The notes under the pieces: generated by a model | Databases searched by the model: none | Told to the model about the DNA's origin: nothing | What the model saw: only the letters and a program-made list of their open reading frames with translations | Part shown: one piece after another, positions 27,108-36,229 of the stretch | Numbering within the stretch: position 1 is the first letter of the stretch | Layout: the number at the start of each line of letters is the position of its first letter | Source of the DNA: an uncultured Oligoflexus sp. | GTDB lineage: Bacteria; Bdellovibrionota_B; Oligoflexia; Oligoflexales; Oligoflexaceae | Reading direction: 5' to 3' | Assembly (NCBI GenBank): GCA_964236955.1 | Contig: CAXSGP010000036.1 | Span: forward strand, 1 to 42,602 | Length of the DNA: 42,602 bases | Made by a program: the position numbers and the translations under genes

Positions 27108-28573
27108 TGGTTTGCCTCCATTCTTAGCTCTTTTGTCAATTGGGCTTTGATACGAAAGCAGGCCCCCAGCAAAAGACCGGCGAGCATTTGATTTCTTTGG
27201 ATCTGAAAGCCAAGGTCACCAAAGGTATAGGTGAAGTACTGGAGGAAAAAAAACAGGGAGGCTATTCCCAAAAGGTAAGTCCCGGGTTCGCGGGCTACTT
27301 TAAAGAGCGCGCCAGTCGTCGCGATCATAACGGCGAACAGCGTGCTCAAAGCCGCTATTGTGAGCGGCCCGCCGAAGGCCCAGGAGGCCAGGAAAAGGTT
27401 GTGTGGTATCATGCGATAGCGTTCGTAGACGTAGGATATATCGGGCATGGGAAAGACTTCTCTGAACTCTTTGCCGTAGCCAAGGCCGCTGACCGGGCGT
27501 TGCGCAACAGCATTGAGGAGGTTGGCGTTCTCAAGGTCCCGGTAGGATGGCTCCTCCATTCCCGTCTCGTTACCGAAAGAGCGATAAAGGCCCCCTATGA
27601 AGCCTAGGGGCGGCGGCAAGTTCCAGGTGATCATGGTAAAGAGGATGAATGCAGCTCCAGCCGCCACACCGCGACCTACATTTTTCCTGATAATCGGCCA
27701 GGGTAGGAGGCAGGGCAGGATCGCTACGGCAAAGGCGGCTCCGACGTAAGAGGTTCGCCTATCATTAAATACGTAGGCGAGGCTCACCGCCGCCATAGTC
27801 ACAAGTATCGTGGCTCGGGCAAAGATTCGTTTCTGATAAAGGAAATAGTATCCGAGACAAACCAGAGCGAGCACCGAAAATCCAGAAAAGTAGTGATCGA
27901 CAAGGTATTCTTCATTGTTTTTGAATTGCGCGTAATGACTGAAATAGACGAACAGCGCCTGAAAGGATTTGATTGAAATCGAGATGGTAATCCATTTAAG
28001 GGCTTGTGCAGAAAATTCCCGGTCGCGCCAGATCGCGAAGCCTATGCATACCCAAAGAGGCAGACAATGCAGAAAACGCAACTGAATGAACATTGTCTTT
28101 AGGCTGCCGCCATCCATAATACCAACCAGACCTGCAATGAAACTCGCGATGAATACCGCGATACCAACGGTAAAGATATTCAGAAAGCCCATACGGTACC
28201 AATCGCGCGAGGCGGCCGGTACCATGCGGATCAGAATCCACAGCGTAAAAAGCAGGGCAAAGCCCTCCATACCGGTCAGACCAAAAGACTTAAAGAGAAG
28301 AACGCCCATAGCCTCGGTCCAGGTATCGACCGTGCGGCCCCAGGCGACTTGAGAAACATCGTCAATCAACAAGCTCAAAATTAAAAAGCCGAGTAAGATA
28401 TCCTGGTCGGGCTTTTGGCGTCGGCTCAGGAGTCGGGCGCCCAGGCTGGCGGCAAAGAGGACTAAGGGCGCTAGGCAGGCCGGACTGGTGACAAGATAGA
28501 TGCCCATGGATGTGATGAGGGAGCCGACCAGCAGCAGCATTGACGAACCGTTAGAGCCCTTAGTGTTAGGCAC
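27098..28573 (-). CDS. O-antigen ligase / Wzy polymerase family membrane protein
   Basis: Many TM segments, FNDRRTSYVG, periplasmic loop SYRDLENANL...PVSGLGYG...PHNLFL. GTG start after AAGGGAG. Confidence 0.85.
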   Translation of the reverse strand: MPNTKGSNGSSMLLLVGSLITSMGIYLVTSPACLAPLVLFAASLGARLLSRRQKPDQDILLGFLILSLLIDDVSQVAWGRTVDTWTEAMGVLLFKSFGLTGMEGFALLFTLWILIRMVPAASRDWYRMGFLNIFTVGIAVFIASFIAGLVGIMDGGSLKTMFIQLRFLHCLPLWVCIGFAIWRDREFSAQALKWITISISIKSFQALFVYFSHYAQFKNNEEYLVDHYFSGFSVLALVCLGYYFLYQKRIFARATILVTMAAVSLAYVFNDRRTSYVGAAFAVAILPCLLPWPIIRKNVGRGVAAGAAFILFTMITWNLPPPLGFIGGLYRSFGNETGMEEPSYRDLENANLLNAVAQRPVSGLGYGKEFREVFPMPDISYVYERYRMIPHNLFLASWAFGGPLTIAALSTLFAVMIATTGALFKVAREPGTYLLGIASLFFFLQYFTYTFGDLGFQIQRNQMLAGLLLGACFRIKAQLTKELRMEANQWP

Positions 28574-28686
28574 CGAGCATCTCCCTTTTTACGGATTGCG
28601 CAGAGATCGTTGGATTGGATAGGCTTCCAGAAGACTTCCCATAATTTTAAGCCGATGCCCCCAATCATGACAGGAAAAAACATCGG

Positions 28687-30201
28687 ATGAAGCTATCTCC
28701 CTTGAAATTAAGCCTTCTTTTAATCTTTTTATGGGAAAGCCCAAGCTTTTCCCAAGCTCCTTTGGAGGAAGGCGCGCGGGTCGGTGCTCCTGCTTTTCCC
28801 GCTTTTCCTCCTCCCGATTCTCTTCCTCATGATGAAGCTGATGCCGATGGCGAGGGAGCTGCCGTTACGGAAGGCGATCGCGGCCTTCCTCGAGTCGGCG
28901 CGATTCAAAGCAGAAAGATCATTCATGCCAACGGCTACAGGGGAATCCAGGACGAACCTGGTCCGATTTTTGATCAAGGTTCGTATGGCTATCTCTTCCA
29001 GGCTCCCGAGAGTCTCGATCAAAGGCTACTCGACTGGGACCTGGGCCTTGGCCGTGACGACTCGATCCTGGTCAACGGCAGCCTTCGCGAGAGCCGCCTT
29101 TGGAATCAGCATCGCCCCAGTCTTGAAATCGCCGGCGAGGCGCGGGCTTTTGAAGGGAGTGGAGCGGGGCTGGAGGAGATTTACCAATCGGCCAATCGCT
29201 TGGGCAAGGATTTTACGAGCTTTGATTCGCCTGCTACGACCCGGCGCAATGCCACGCTCCGGCTAGGTGACGAAATCCGATGGGGGGCTCAAAGCAAGTT
29301 GAGTCTAAGTGGGGAACGGCATGAGGATCATTTTTGGATCGATAGCGCCTTGGATGAAGATTCAGCCTTTGACGCCGGGACCCTAAGCCTGCAGCTGGGA
29401 TTGGGTAAGGAGCGAAGCCTTGCGACATCTTTTCGGCGCTCGGAGGTCGTCTACAGCGATCATCGCAAGGGTCTCAGTCAAGGGCAGGATCTTTCCGAAT
29501 TCGAACTGCAGCTGTTCGAAGCAATCTCACCCCTCTATAGCGGCGGAATTGGCCTTCGATCCTTGGATGGGGAACGCAATGGCCCAGTCATCAGTCTCAT
29601 TCGCAAAGCTGACGAAAGACTTTCGGGTCAGGCCAGCCTGAGTTATCTCAAGGATCACGAGGATAGCCAGGCTCTTGGAAACCTGAAGGCCAGGTATCGG
29701 TGGACCAGGCTTTTGACCCTTAATCTAAAGCTCGAACAGGGCGTCGATCTCCTGGCTTCGTTTGGAAGCCTTGCACCAGCCAATCAAAGTCGCGGTCGTC
29801 GGCAGCGCTTGAATAAGGCCTATGAGTTGACGGGAGCCTATGATTTGAAACAATCGGTCTACAGTTTTACGATGCAATCGAATAGCCAGGAATTTGAATC
29901 GGCGCGGTTCACGCAGCAGGAACTGCGTTTCGAATGGGATCATAAGATCAATCCTCTCGACAGGCTGATTCTTCGGTCGGCCTATCGTACGGCTTTGGAA
30001 CAGGGCCAGGTTCAACGGGTAATCGATAATCGCTATGCTCGGGTCGATGGGAACTGGCGGCACTTTTGGGGCTATGATTCGAGGCTTTTCGGCGGTCGAT
30101 CCTTTGGACAGATGGGTTTGGGATACGAAAGAATTGGGGAGGGAAAACGGGGGCGTGAGCGCAAGACCTTAAGTCTTGCGCTCGGTCAGGAGTGGCTATA
30201 G
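28687..30201 (+). CDS. Predicted outer-membrane beta-barrel protein, probably polysaccharide-export associated
   Basis: AGGA RBS, signal peptide (PSFS-Q), Pro/acidic N-terminus, many alternating strands (LKARYRWTRLLTLNLKLE, ELRFEWDH), terminal LSLALGQEWL. Divergent from wzy. Confidence 0.65.
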   Translation: MKLSPLKLSLLLIFLWESPSFSQAPLEEGARVGAPAFPAFPPPDSLPHDEADADGEGAAVTEGDRGLPRVGAIQSRKIIHANGYRGIQDEPGPIFDQGSYGYLFQAPESLDQRLLDWDLGLGRDDSILVNGSLRESRLWNQHRPSLEIAGEARAFEGSGAGLEEIYQSANRLGKDFTSFDSPATTRRNATLRLGDEIRWGAQSKLSLSGERHEDHFWIDSALDEDSAFDAGTLSLQLGLGKERSLATSFRRSEVVYSDHRKGLSQGQDLSEFELQLFEAISPLYSGGIGLRSLDGERNGPVISLIRKADERLSGQASLSYLKDHEDSQALGNLKARYRWTRLLTLNLKLEQGVDLLASFGSLAPANQSRGRRQRLNKAYELTGAYDLKQSVYSFTMQSNSQEFESARFTQQELRFEWDHKINPLDRLILRSAYRTALEQGQVQRVIDNRYARVDGNWRHFWGYDSRLFGGRSFGQMGLGYERIGEGKRGRERKTLSLALGQEWL

Positions 30202-30310
30202 GAAGATGGTCCCGTCGAGTCAGGATCGTAATCGGAATAGAGCATCACTTTCATTAGCTGTTCATGCTCTTTTAGAAAAGAACTAATGGCCTTTGGGACC
30301 ATTTTTCACG

Positions 30311-30342
30311 TGAAAATAAAGGGCGCCCGTTAGGACGCCCTT
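30311..30342 (-). terminator. Rho-independent terminator of the downstream TonB-dependent receptor gene
   Basis: Minus strand reads AAGGGCGTCC-TAAC-GGGCGCCCTT-TATTTT. Confidence 0.75.
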
Positions 30343-30376
30343 AGCTTTTCGATATTATTTTCGATATTAAGTGTGC

Positions 30377-33205
30377 TTAGAGTCTTTGGGAATAACGAGC
30401 GAAAAACGCGCGTCCCTGATAGGAGTAGAGTGAAGTCGTTGAGAGATCCTGGGCGCCGATGGCAGTGGCCTCTATAACTCCACCAAGGGTGTTAAACACA
30501 TTGTTAACACCAGCTTGTAAGGTAGAATTCCAAGGCAGCTGCGCGGAATAAACAGCATCGTACTCAGTATATACCCCGACTTTGATGTTTTTTTCCCAAG
30601 CGTTCGACTCGACTGGATCGGCATATTGCCTACCGATAGTTCGTGATGACACTGTTCCCATATGGTTTTGCGTGCCAAAATCTATGGAGTTGTTCCAACG
30701 CCAGGCAGGCAGTCCAAAAAATCCAAGATGCTGACGAGTCGGCAAACCTTCGGCTTCCTGAATTTTATACGACAGCATCCGGGTGTATTCGGACTCCATT
30801 CCAAGGAGGAAGGGCGCGAAGTTGAACTGGTAGTTGGCTTTGCTTGCCCAAACACGGACATGAGTACGACCTAGGTTTCGGTAAGGGGTTCCCAGCTGTG
30901 TGATAACGCCATCTTTATCCACCTGAACCGTATTGTCGCCTTGTTTACCGCTGGTCGTAGAATTGCCGTTCGCTGCATACCAGCGATCCACGACCCGTTG
31001 AAGGTCATCGACTTGAAATGTTTTCGAGAGAAAGACCCAGTAGTAGTCCGATATTATATTGAGGCCTTGAAGTGGTTCCAAAACCATCCCGATACTGTAA
31101 TTGACACCGACTTCTGGATTTAAATTGTCATTTCCTGGAGATTCAACATAGACCATACGCGAGGGATTATCAGGATCGCAGAATCGGTGCTGATCATTTT
31201 CACGGGCACAATTGTAGGGGTCATTGACAGGTAGATATCCGCCGCCTCCTTTCTGATGAACGTAGGCAAGGGGAGGCGCCTTGTAGCTGCTTGCCGCCCG
31301 GGCTCGAAATGCGGCCTCCGGAATCATTTTGTACTTCAAGCCGAGACCATAGTTCAAACTTGGATCAACATCCTGAAAGGCATCAAAACGCAGGGCACCA
31401 TCGACATCAAGCTGTTTGACGATAGGGGCAAAAAATTCAGTATAGAGCGAAGCAACGGTACGACTGCCTTTGCCGGCATTAGCAAAAGTTCCGACGTACA
31501 AGGGTTCGTTATTCGAGGCTTTCAAAAGGTCGCGGGTGTCAGGTGTTTGCTTGAAGCGTTCGAAGCTATAGGCGGCGCCAAGTCCAAATGAGAATGCACC
31601 TCCAGGCAGTTGAAAGAGCTCTTTGCTGGCAAAGGCGTCACCGCTGAAGTTCTCGGCCCATTCTTCGCTCTTAAGATCAGCAGTTGTCGTTCCTAAGAGG
31701 TTGATATCCCGAGAGGGATCGATCGGTATGTATGCCGGGTCCACGTTATTGGGCGTATTTGGATTCAAAAGGATAGCGCTGCGCAATTCCTTGTTAAGCA
31801 AATGCTGACCATTTCTTTTGCCGGTACTTGCGGCATAAGAAAGGCTAAAGCTGCTGTTCCAACCTTCACCCAGTGCACCTGTCAGATAAAGACCACTCAT
31901 AAAAGTGGTATCACTGTTGACGTAAAACTGTTCCTGGCTCTCTGGTGTTGGACCGTAGATTTGAACGTAGCTCGCTGTCGGGTCGACCGGGACGCCCAGC
32001 CTTGTCGCTGTGGCATTGGAAATTGCGATAGGATTGTCGGTCAAAGGATCAGTGGCAAGGGTAGAGCGTCCACTGTTGGACGTGGACTTTGCAGCTGTAA
32101 AACTAAACAAACCTTGAAGGTTCCAGGTGCTGTTCAATTGCGAATCAAAGGTGGTAGCAACGTACCAGTTTTCTTGCTCTGGAATCAACTCGGTGCCGAG
32201 TTCGGAACGAGGTCCCGCACAGTATTTATTATTGGGTTCTTGCGGGTTCGTGGTGATTTGATTGGCAATGGGACAGTTCGGACTTGGCGTCCAATTGCCT
32301 ACGATACTGTCATCTGGTGTCGCCCCTAATGTGACGGGCTGATAACTATAGGTACCGTTAGGCGCGTTGTAAAGGGTGTTGGCCCGTTCCGGGAAACTGG
32401 CCTTTAAATTCCGATTTCGATTATCGATAGCATTGCGGTGACGCCAGCCAGTCGCCAGGGCTATGTTAAAGTCATCTGTTATCTTAATACCCTGAGAGAC
32501 GCCGTAGGCCTGTTCCTCGCCGCCGGCTTTGATGGGAACAGTGATCGAGGCTGTTAATTCGGTTCCAGTGAGTTCCTTGCGGGTAACGATGTTAACGACC
32601 CCACCTACAGCATCGGCTCCGTAAACTGCCGAGGCTCCACCGGAGAGGATTTCAATTTTTTCCACTAATGCGGTAGGAATGGTTTCGACGTTGACAGCAC
32701 CTAGGCCTGCCAGAGTCGGAAGCCTTTTGCCATTAACGAGAACGAGTGTTCGTTCTGCTCCTAGTCCTAAAAGGTCGATGGTTCCTGATCCGCTTGAGAC
32801 AAATTCACTGGATCCGGTAAAGTTACCCGTGGGGCTGGCGGACGCTGACTTGCGAAAGAATTCACCTAGGCTCGCGGTACCCGACTTTTCAATTTGACTT
32901 TTGGATATGACAGACACAGCAGAGCTTGTCTCGGATTCTGTTCTCTTGATGCGACTCCCTGTTACCTGTATGCGCTCAACTTTTTTTTTAGCTTGAATGC
33001 CTTCTGCAGGAGCCGGAATCGAATTTGGCGAAAGATTTGGACTTTCATCTGTCCCCGTTGTCGCGGGTGTTGGACTGTTAGACTTTTCAGTTTGGTCTGT
33101 AGGTGAGGTTGTGCCTGTTTGAGTCTGAGCGAAACTAAGAGTTCCGGCTAAGACCGAATTTGCAACAATCGCGGCCTTTACCGGCAGGCCCGGAGATTTA
33201 AACAT
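30377..33205 (-). CDS. TonB-dependent receptor
   Basis: Signal peptide, TonB box ERIQVTGSRIK, plug motifs TLVLVNGKR and EKIEILSGGASAVYGADAVGGVVNIVTR, GNDNLNPE, GVNNVFN, GRAFFARYSQRL. Confidence 0.95.
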   Translation of the reverse strand: MFKSPGLPVKAAIVANSVLAGTLSFAQTQTGTTSPTDQTEKSNSPTPATTGTDESPNLSPNSIPAPAEGIQAKKKVERIQVTGSRIKRTESETSSAVSVISKSQIEKSGTASLGEFFRKSASASPTGNFTGSSEFVSSGSGTIDLLGLGAERTLVLVNGKRLPTLAGLGAVNVETIPTALVEKIEILSGGASAVYGADAVGGVVNIVTRKELTGTELTASITVPIKAGGEEQAYGVSQGIKITDDFNIALATGWRHRNAIDNRNRNLKASFPERANTLYNAPNGTYSYQPVTLGATPDDSIVGNWTPSPNCPIANQITTNPQEPNNKYCAGPRSELGTELIPEQENWYVATTFDSQLNSTWNLQGLFSFTAAKSTSNSGRSTLATDPLTDNPIAISNATATRLGVPVDPTASYVQIYGPTPESQEQFYVNSDTTFMSGLYLTGALGEGWNSSFSLSYAASTGKRNGQHLLNKELRSAILLNPNTPNNVDPAYIPIDPSRDINLLGTTTADLKSEEWAENFSGDAFASKELFQLPGGAFSFGLGAAYSFERFKQTPDTRDLLKASNNEPLYVGTFANAGKGSRTVASLYTEFFAPIVKQLDVDGALRFDAFQDVDPSLNYGLGLKYKMIPEAAFRARAASSYKAPPLAYVHQKGGGGYLPVNDPYNCARENDQHRFCDPDNPSRMVYVESPGNDNLNPEVGVNYSIGMVLEPLQGLNIISDYYWVFLSKTFQVDDLQRVVDRWYAANGNSTTSGKQGDNTVQVDKDGVITQLGTPYRNLGRTHVRVWASKANYQFNFAPFLLGMESEYTRMLSYKIQEAEGLPTRQHLGFFGLPAWRWNNSIDFGTQNHMGTVSSRTIGRQYADPVESNAWEKNIKVGVYTEYDAVYSAQLPWNSTLQAGVNNVFNTLGGVIEATAIGAQDLSTTSLYSYQGRAFFARYSQRL

Positions 33206-33405
33206 CGGCTTTTCCTTTTCTCTGTAGAGCAAATTGACTTGCTTTATAATCTTTCACTTACTGGGTTCCGTCGCATAAATTACTTTAAACTCAATCAAAG
33301 TCAAATTCCTGAGTATGGAAACTACTGAGTCAGTGACTCGAAAAATTTACGTAAATGCTGATTCTTGATAGTTTTATGATTTCTGGTGACGAATGAAGCG
33401 AACTT

Positions 33406-33441
33406 ATAAAAGTTGGCCCCATTAATTATTTAATGGGGCCA
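33406..33441 (-). terminator. Terminator-like hairpin between the two TonB-dependent receptor genes
   Basis: Perfect 12-bp inverted repeat TGGCCCCATTAA (33414-33425) / TTAATGGGGCCA (33430-33441), followed on the minus strand by ACTTTTAT. Confidence 0.7.
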
Positions 33442-33469
33442 GTGTCATTATTTAATGAGACCAGTGTCA

Positions 33470-36229
33470 TCAATCAAACTTATGGGCAGCGCTAGCATAA
33501 ACAAAGCGCCCCATGTTGCTATAGCCCTGCTGATTGAACCAAGGCCAAGTAGCATTGCGATCATAGGGAGGAGCTGCATTTGTGACGTTATTGACGCCGA
33601 TACCAAACTCTGTTCCCCAGGGAGCCACGTAACCGGCATTCAATCCGAGCTCTGCGTAATGCTTAACGTGGAAATTCGTCTCTGGATTCGCAAAATCGCA
33701 GGTACCGGGGTTGACGCCACCGGCATAAGTGCTTACCCCAGAGTCGTAACGAACGTGAGCGCCCGCGCTCCAGATCTTTGTCAGCAAATCCGTTCCAATG
33801 GTAGCGTTTGGACCGTCTGGAGGCGATGCTTTTTTAGCAAAATTACACAGTGGATCCGTGGGTGTTTCCTGAGTCCTGGATTCTAAAGTTTTCGACACTT
33901 TCAGATTGCTGTTCAATCGAGCAAAACCAAGGTTAAGAGCGTAGCTTCCACCCAGCTCAAGGCCGGAGCTCTGATTCTTGGTCAAGTTGAGAAGGGGGGA
34001 TTCTACGAAAAACCCCTTTTCGTCCAAGGTACCCGCAGGGGTACGATGAATAAGGTTCCCGTAGGTACTTTCGTTGTTAATCAGGTACTGCGTCGTCAGC
34101 TCACCGATCTTGTCATCGATAGTTAAATTCCAGTAATCGATAGAAAAGGACAAATCAGTCAAGGGCTGAATGACCACGCCCGCATTCCAATATACCGATT
34201 TTTCAGGGTCGAGATCGACGTTACCGGAAGATTGGGTATTGACTTCACGGTCTTCACAGTCATCGATTGCTGTGTGGTTGGCACGGCAGTAGGTTATATC
34301 TTTGATAGTTTGAACGCCGAACGATTTACCAAGGAAGCGTTCATGTAAAGGCGCTGCTTTAAAGCCGGTGCCGTAGGTGGCTCTAAACTTAAGCAAGTCG
34401 ATAGGAGCGTAGGAAGTGCCGATGTGGTAAGTCGTCGCGTCTTTAGATTTCTTCGGGCCATCCGAGTTGGAAATCGTATCGTTACGAACAGCTGCCTTGA
34501 CATCAAAAGTCTTCAATATGGGGAAATCAAACTCGGCAAAGCCAGCTTGAGTGACCTGACCTCCGCCTCCAACGCCGCCGGCTGAACCAGCAATATTGCC
34601 AGTTTGTGAGAGTGAATCTGATCGATCCCCATATCTTTCTTTGCGAGATTCCAAGCCGGCAGACCAACCGATGGCACCACCCCCTAAAAGGAATGACAGG
34701 TGTCCGTCGAAGTTTAGGGTATAGATTTCCAGATCCGATTCACCGAGCCGGAAAATTTCTGTCACGACGTCATCTCGAGCATCAATTTGGGCCTGGGTAT
34801 TAAACTTATTCAGTTGGAATGGATCGAAGGTACCATTTTGAAAGTAATCAATAATTTTGGCACTATCGATGTTCCCATCAGTACCAAACTGAAGATTCTT
34901 CAGGCGATGCTTGGCAATAGCGAGTTCCCAATTGATGTCGTCGGTCACTGCACCTTGCAATCCGCCTACTAAGTTTAAACTTTCGTTGTAGTTGCTGGTA
35001 GAGCGAGGTCCAAATTCGACAAAGCGACGCCCGATTACGTATTTTACTGTGTCGGGTTCAGGAACCGTCGCAGTGGCCGCAAAGGGGCTTTCGGCCTTGA
35101 TAGCGTCTGGTAAGGCATTCCACTGGGCAGCGGTAACTGCAATTTGACCGGGAGCAGCACCATTTCTAATTTCCGTCGAGGAACGTGAGTAACGTGCTTC
35201 ACCAAAAAACTTCAATCTTTCGTTCAACTTCGTGTCAAACACGGTATAGATACTTTGCCGTTCCGTCTTCGGAATAGCCTGATACAAGGGCGCGATATCA
35301 AAGGCACATTTACGGTCAGTGGCGATTGAGTCCGGGCCGATAATCGAAGATGCCGGGCAATCATTGAAAGGCCGGGTAACAGCGATGTTATTTTCGGTGC
35401 GCCGCACATAACCAGGAAAGCCAGTCGGGCTTCGGCCGTCATCACCATCGGGTGATAGAGATGATTTGATGAGAGGACGATCGCTGGCTTTGACGGATTC
35501 ACGCTTAAAGAGATCGGCGGCAATCAGGAAATTAGACTTGTCGGTGGACGCACCGGTGACGATTTGCATTGAGGTTTCAGTGCCGTCTTTATGTCGGGCA
35601 TTGGTACCCGCTCGAACGGCGACTGAAGTACCGTTGAATTCTTTACGGGTAATGATGTTTAAAACGCCTGCAACGGCGTCGGAACCATAGATGGCGGAAG
35701 CGCCATCGGTGAGATATTCGACGCGCTCAACCGCAGCGAGGGGAATCAGGTTAAGATCAACACTATCGTTCTCAATCGCATTGCTTGGCAGGCGACGACC
35801 GTTGACCAGGATCAGCGTATAATCAGAATCGAAATCGCGGCCGCCAAAGCTAGCGGTGCCCGCGCCCTGCTGGAGCGTTTCGTTTTCCGTGGTCATAGAT
35901 CCCGAGGGGATACGATCGCGAATGAAGTCGGAGATGTTTGCAGCACCCGATCGATCGATATCGGCTTTGCTAAAGATCGTCACTGGCGTCGTTGTTTCCA
36001 CATCGATTTGTTTGATGCGACTGCCAGTAACCTGGATCCGCTCCGAATTGGCTCCGGTCTTCTCGGCTTTGACTCCCCTTGGAGCGTTTGGAGCTATAGG
36101 CGGCGCGGGGGGTGCCGCTGCCGCTGGTTCCGCCACAGGTGCTGGTGTTTCTTCTGTCGCCTTGTCCTGCGCGTAGGCAAGGGACGAAAGAAGGACGAGA
36201 CTGATCGCACTTACTAAGTTTCGTTTCAT
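33470..36229 (-). CDS. TonB-dependent receptor
   Basis: GGAG RBS, signal peptide (AYA-Q), ERIQVTGSRIK, TLILVNGRR, ERVEYLTDGASAIYGSDAVAGVLNIITR, GNVDLDPE, GVNNVTNAAPP, GRFVYASAAHKF. Confidence 0.96.
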   Translation of the reverse strand: MKRNLVSAISLVLLSSLAYAQDKATEETPAPVAEPAAAAPPAPPIAPNAPRGVKAEKTGANSERIQVTGSRIKQIDVETTTPVTIFSKADIDRSGAANISDFIRDRIPSGSMTTENETLQQGAGTASFGGRDFDSDYTLILVNGRRLPSNAIENDSVDLNLIPLAAVERVEYLTDGASAIYGSDAVAGVLNIITRKEFNGTSVAVRAGTNARHKDGTETSMQIVTGASTDKSNFLIAADLFKRESVKASDRPLIKSSLSPDGDDGRSPTGFPGYVRRTENNIAVTRPFNDCPASSIIGPDSIATDRKCAFDIAPLYQAIPKTERQSIYTVFDTKLNERLKFFGEARYSRSSTEIRNGAAPGQIAVTAAQWNALPDAIKAESPFAATATVPEPDTVKYVIGRRFVEFGPRSTSNYNESLNLVGGLQGAVTDDINWELAIAKHRLKNLQFGTDGNIDSAKIIDYFQNGTFDPFQLNKFNTQAQIDARDDVVTEIFRLGESDLEIYTLNFDGHLSFLLGGGAIGWSAGLESRKERYGDRSDSLSQTGNIAGSAGGVGGGGQVTQAGFAEFDFPILKTFDVKAAVRNDTISNSDGPKKSKDATTYHIGTSYAPIDLLKFRATYGTGFKAAPLHERFLGKSFGVQTIKDITYCRANHTAIDDCEDREVNTQSSGNVDLDPEKSVYWNAGVVIQPLTDLSFSIDYWNLTIDDKIGELTTQYLINNESTYGNLIHRTPAGTLDEKGFFVESPLLNLTKNQSSGLELGGSYALNLGFARLNSNLKVSKTLESRTQETPTDPLCNFAKKASPPDGPNATIGTDLLTKIWSAGAHVRYDSGVSTYAGGVNPGTCDFANPETNFHVKHYAELGLNAGYVAPWGTEFGIGVNNVTNAAPPYDRNATWPWFNQQGYSNMGRFVYASAAHKFD

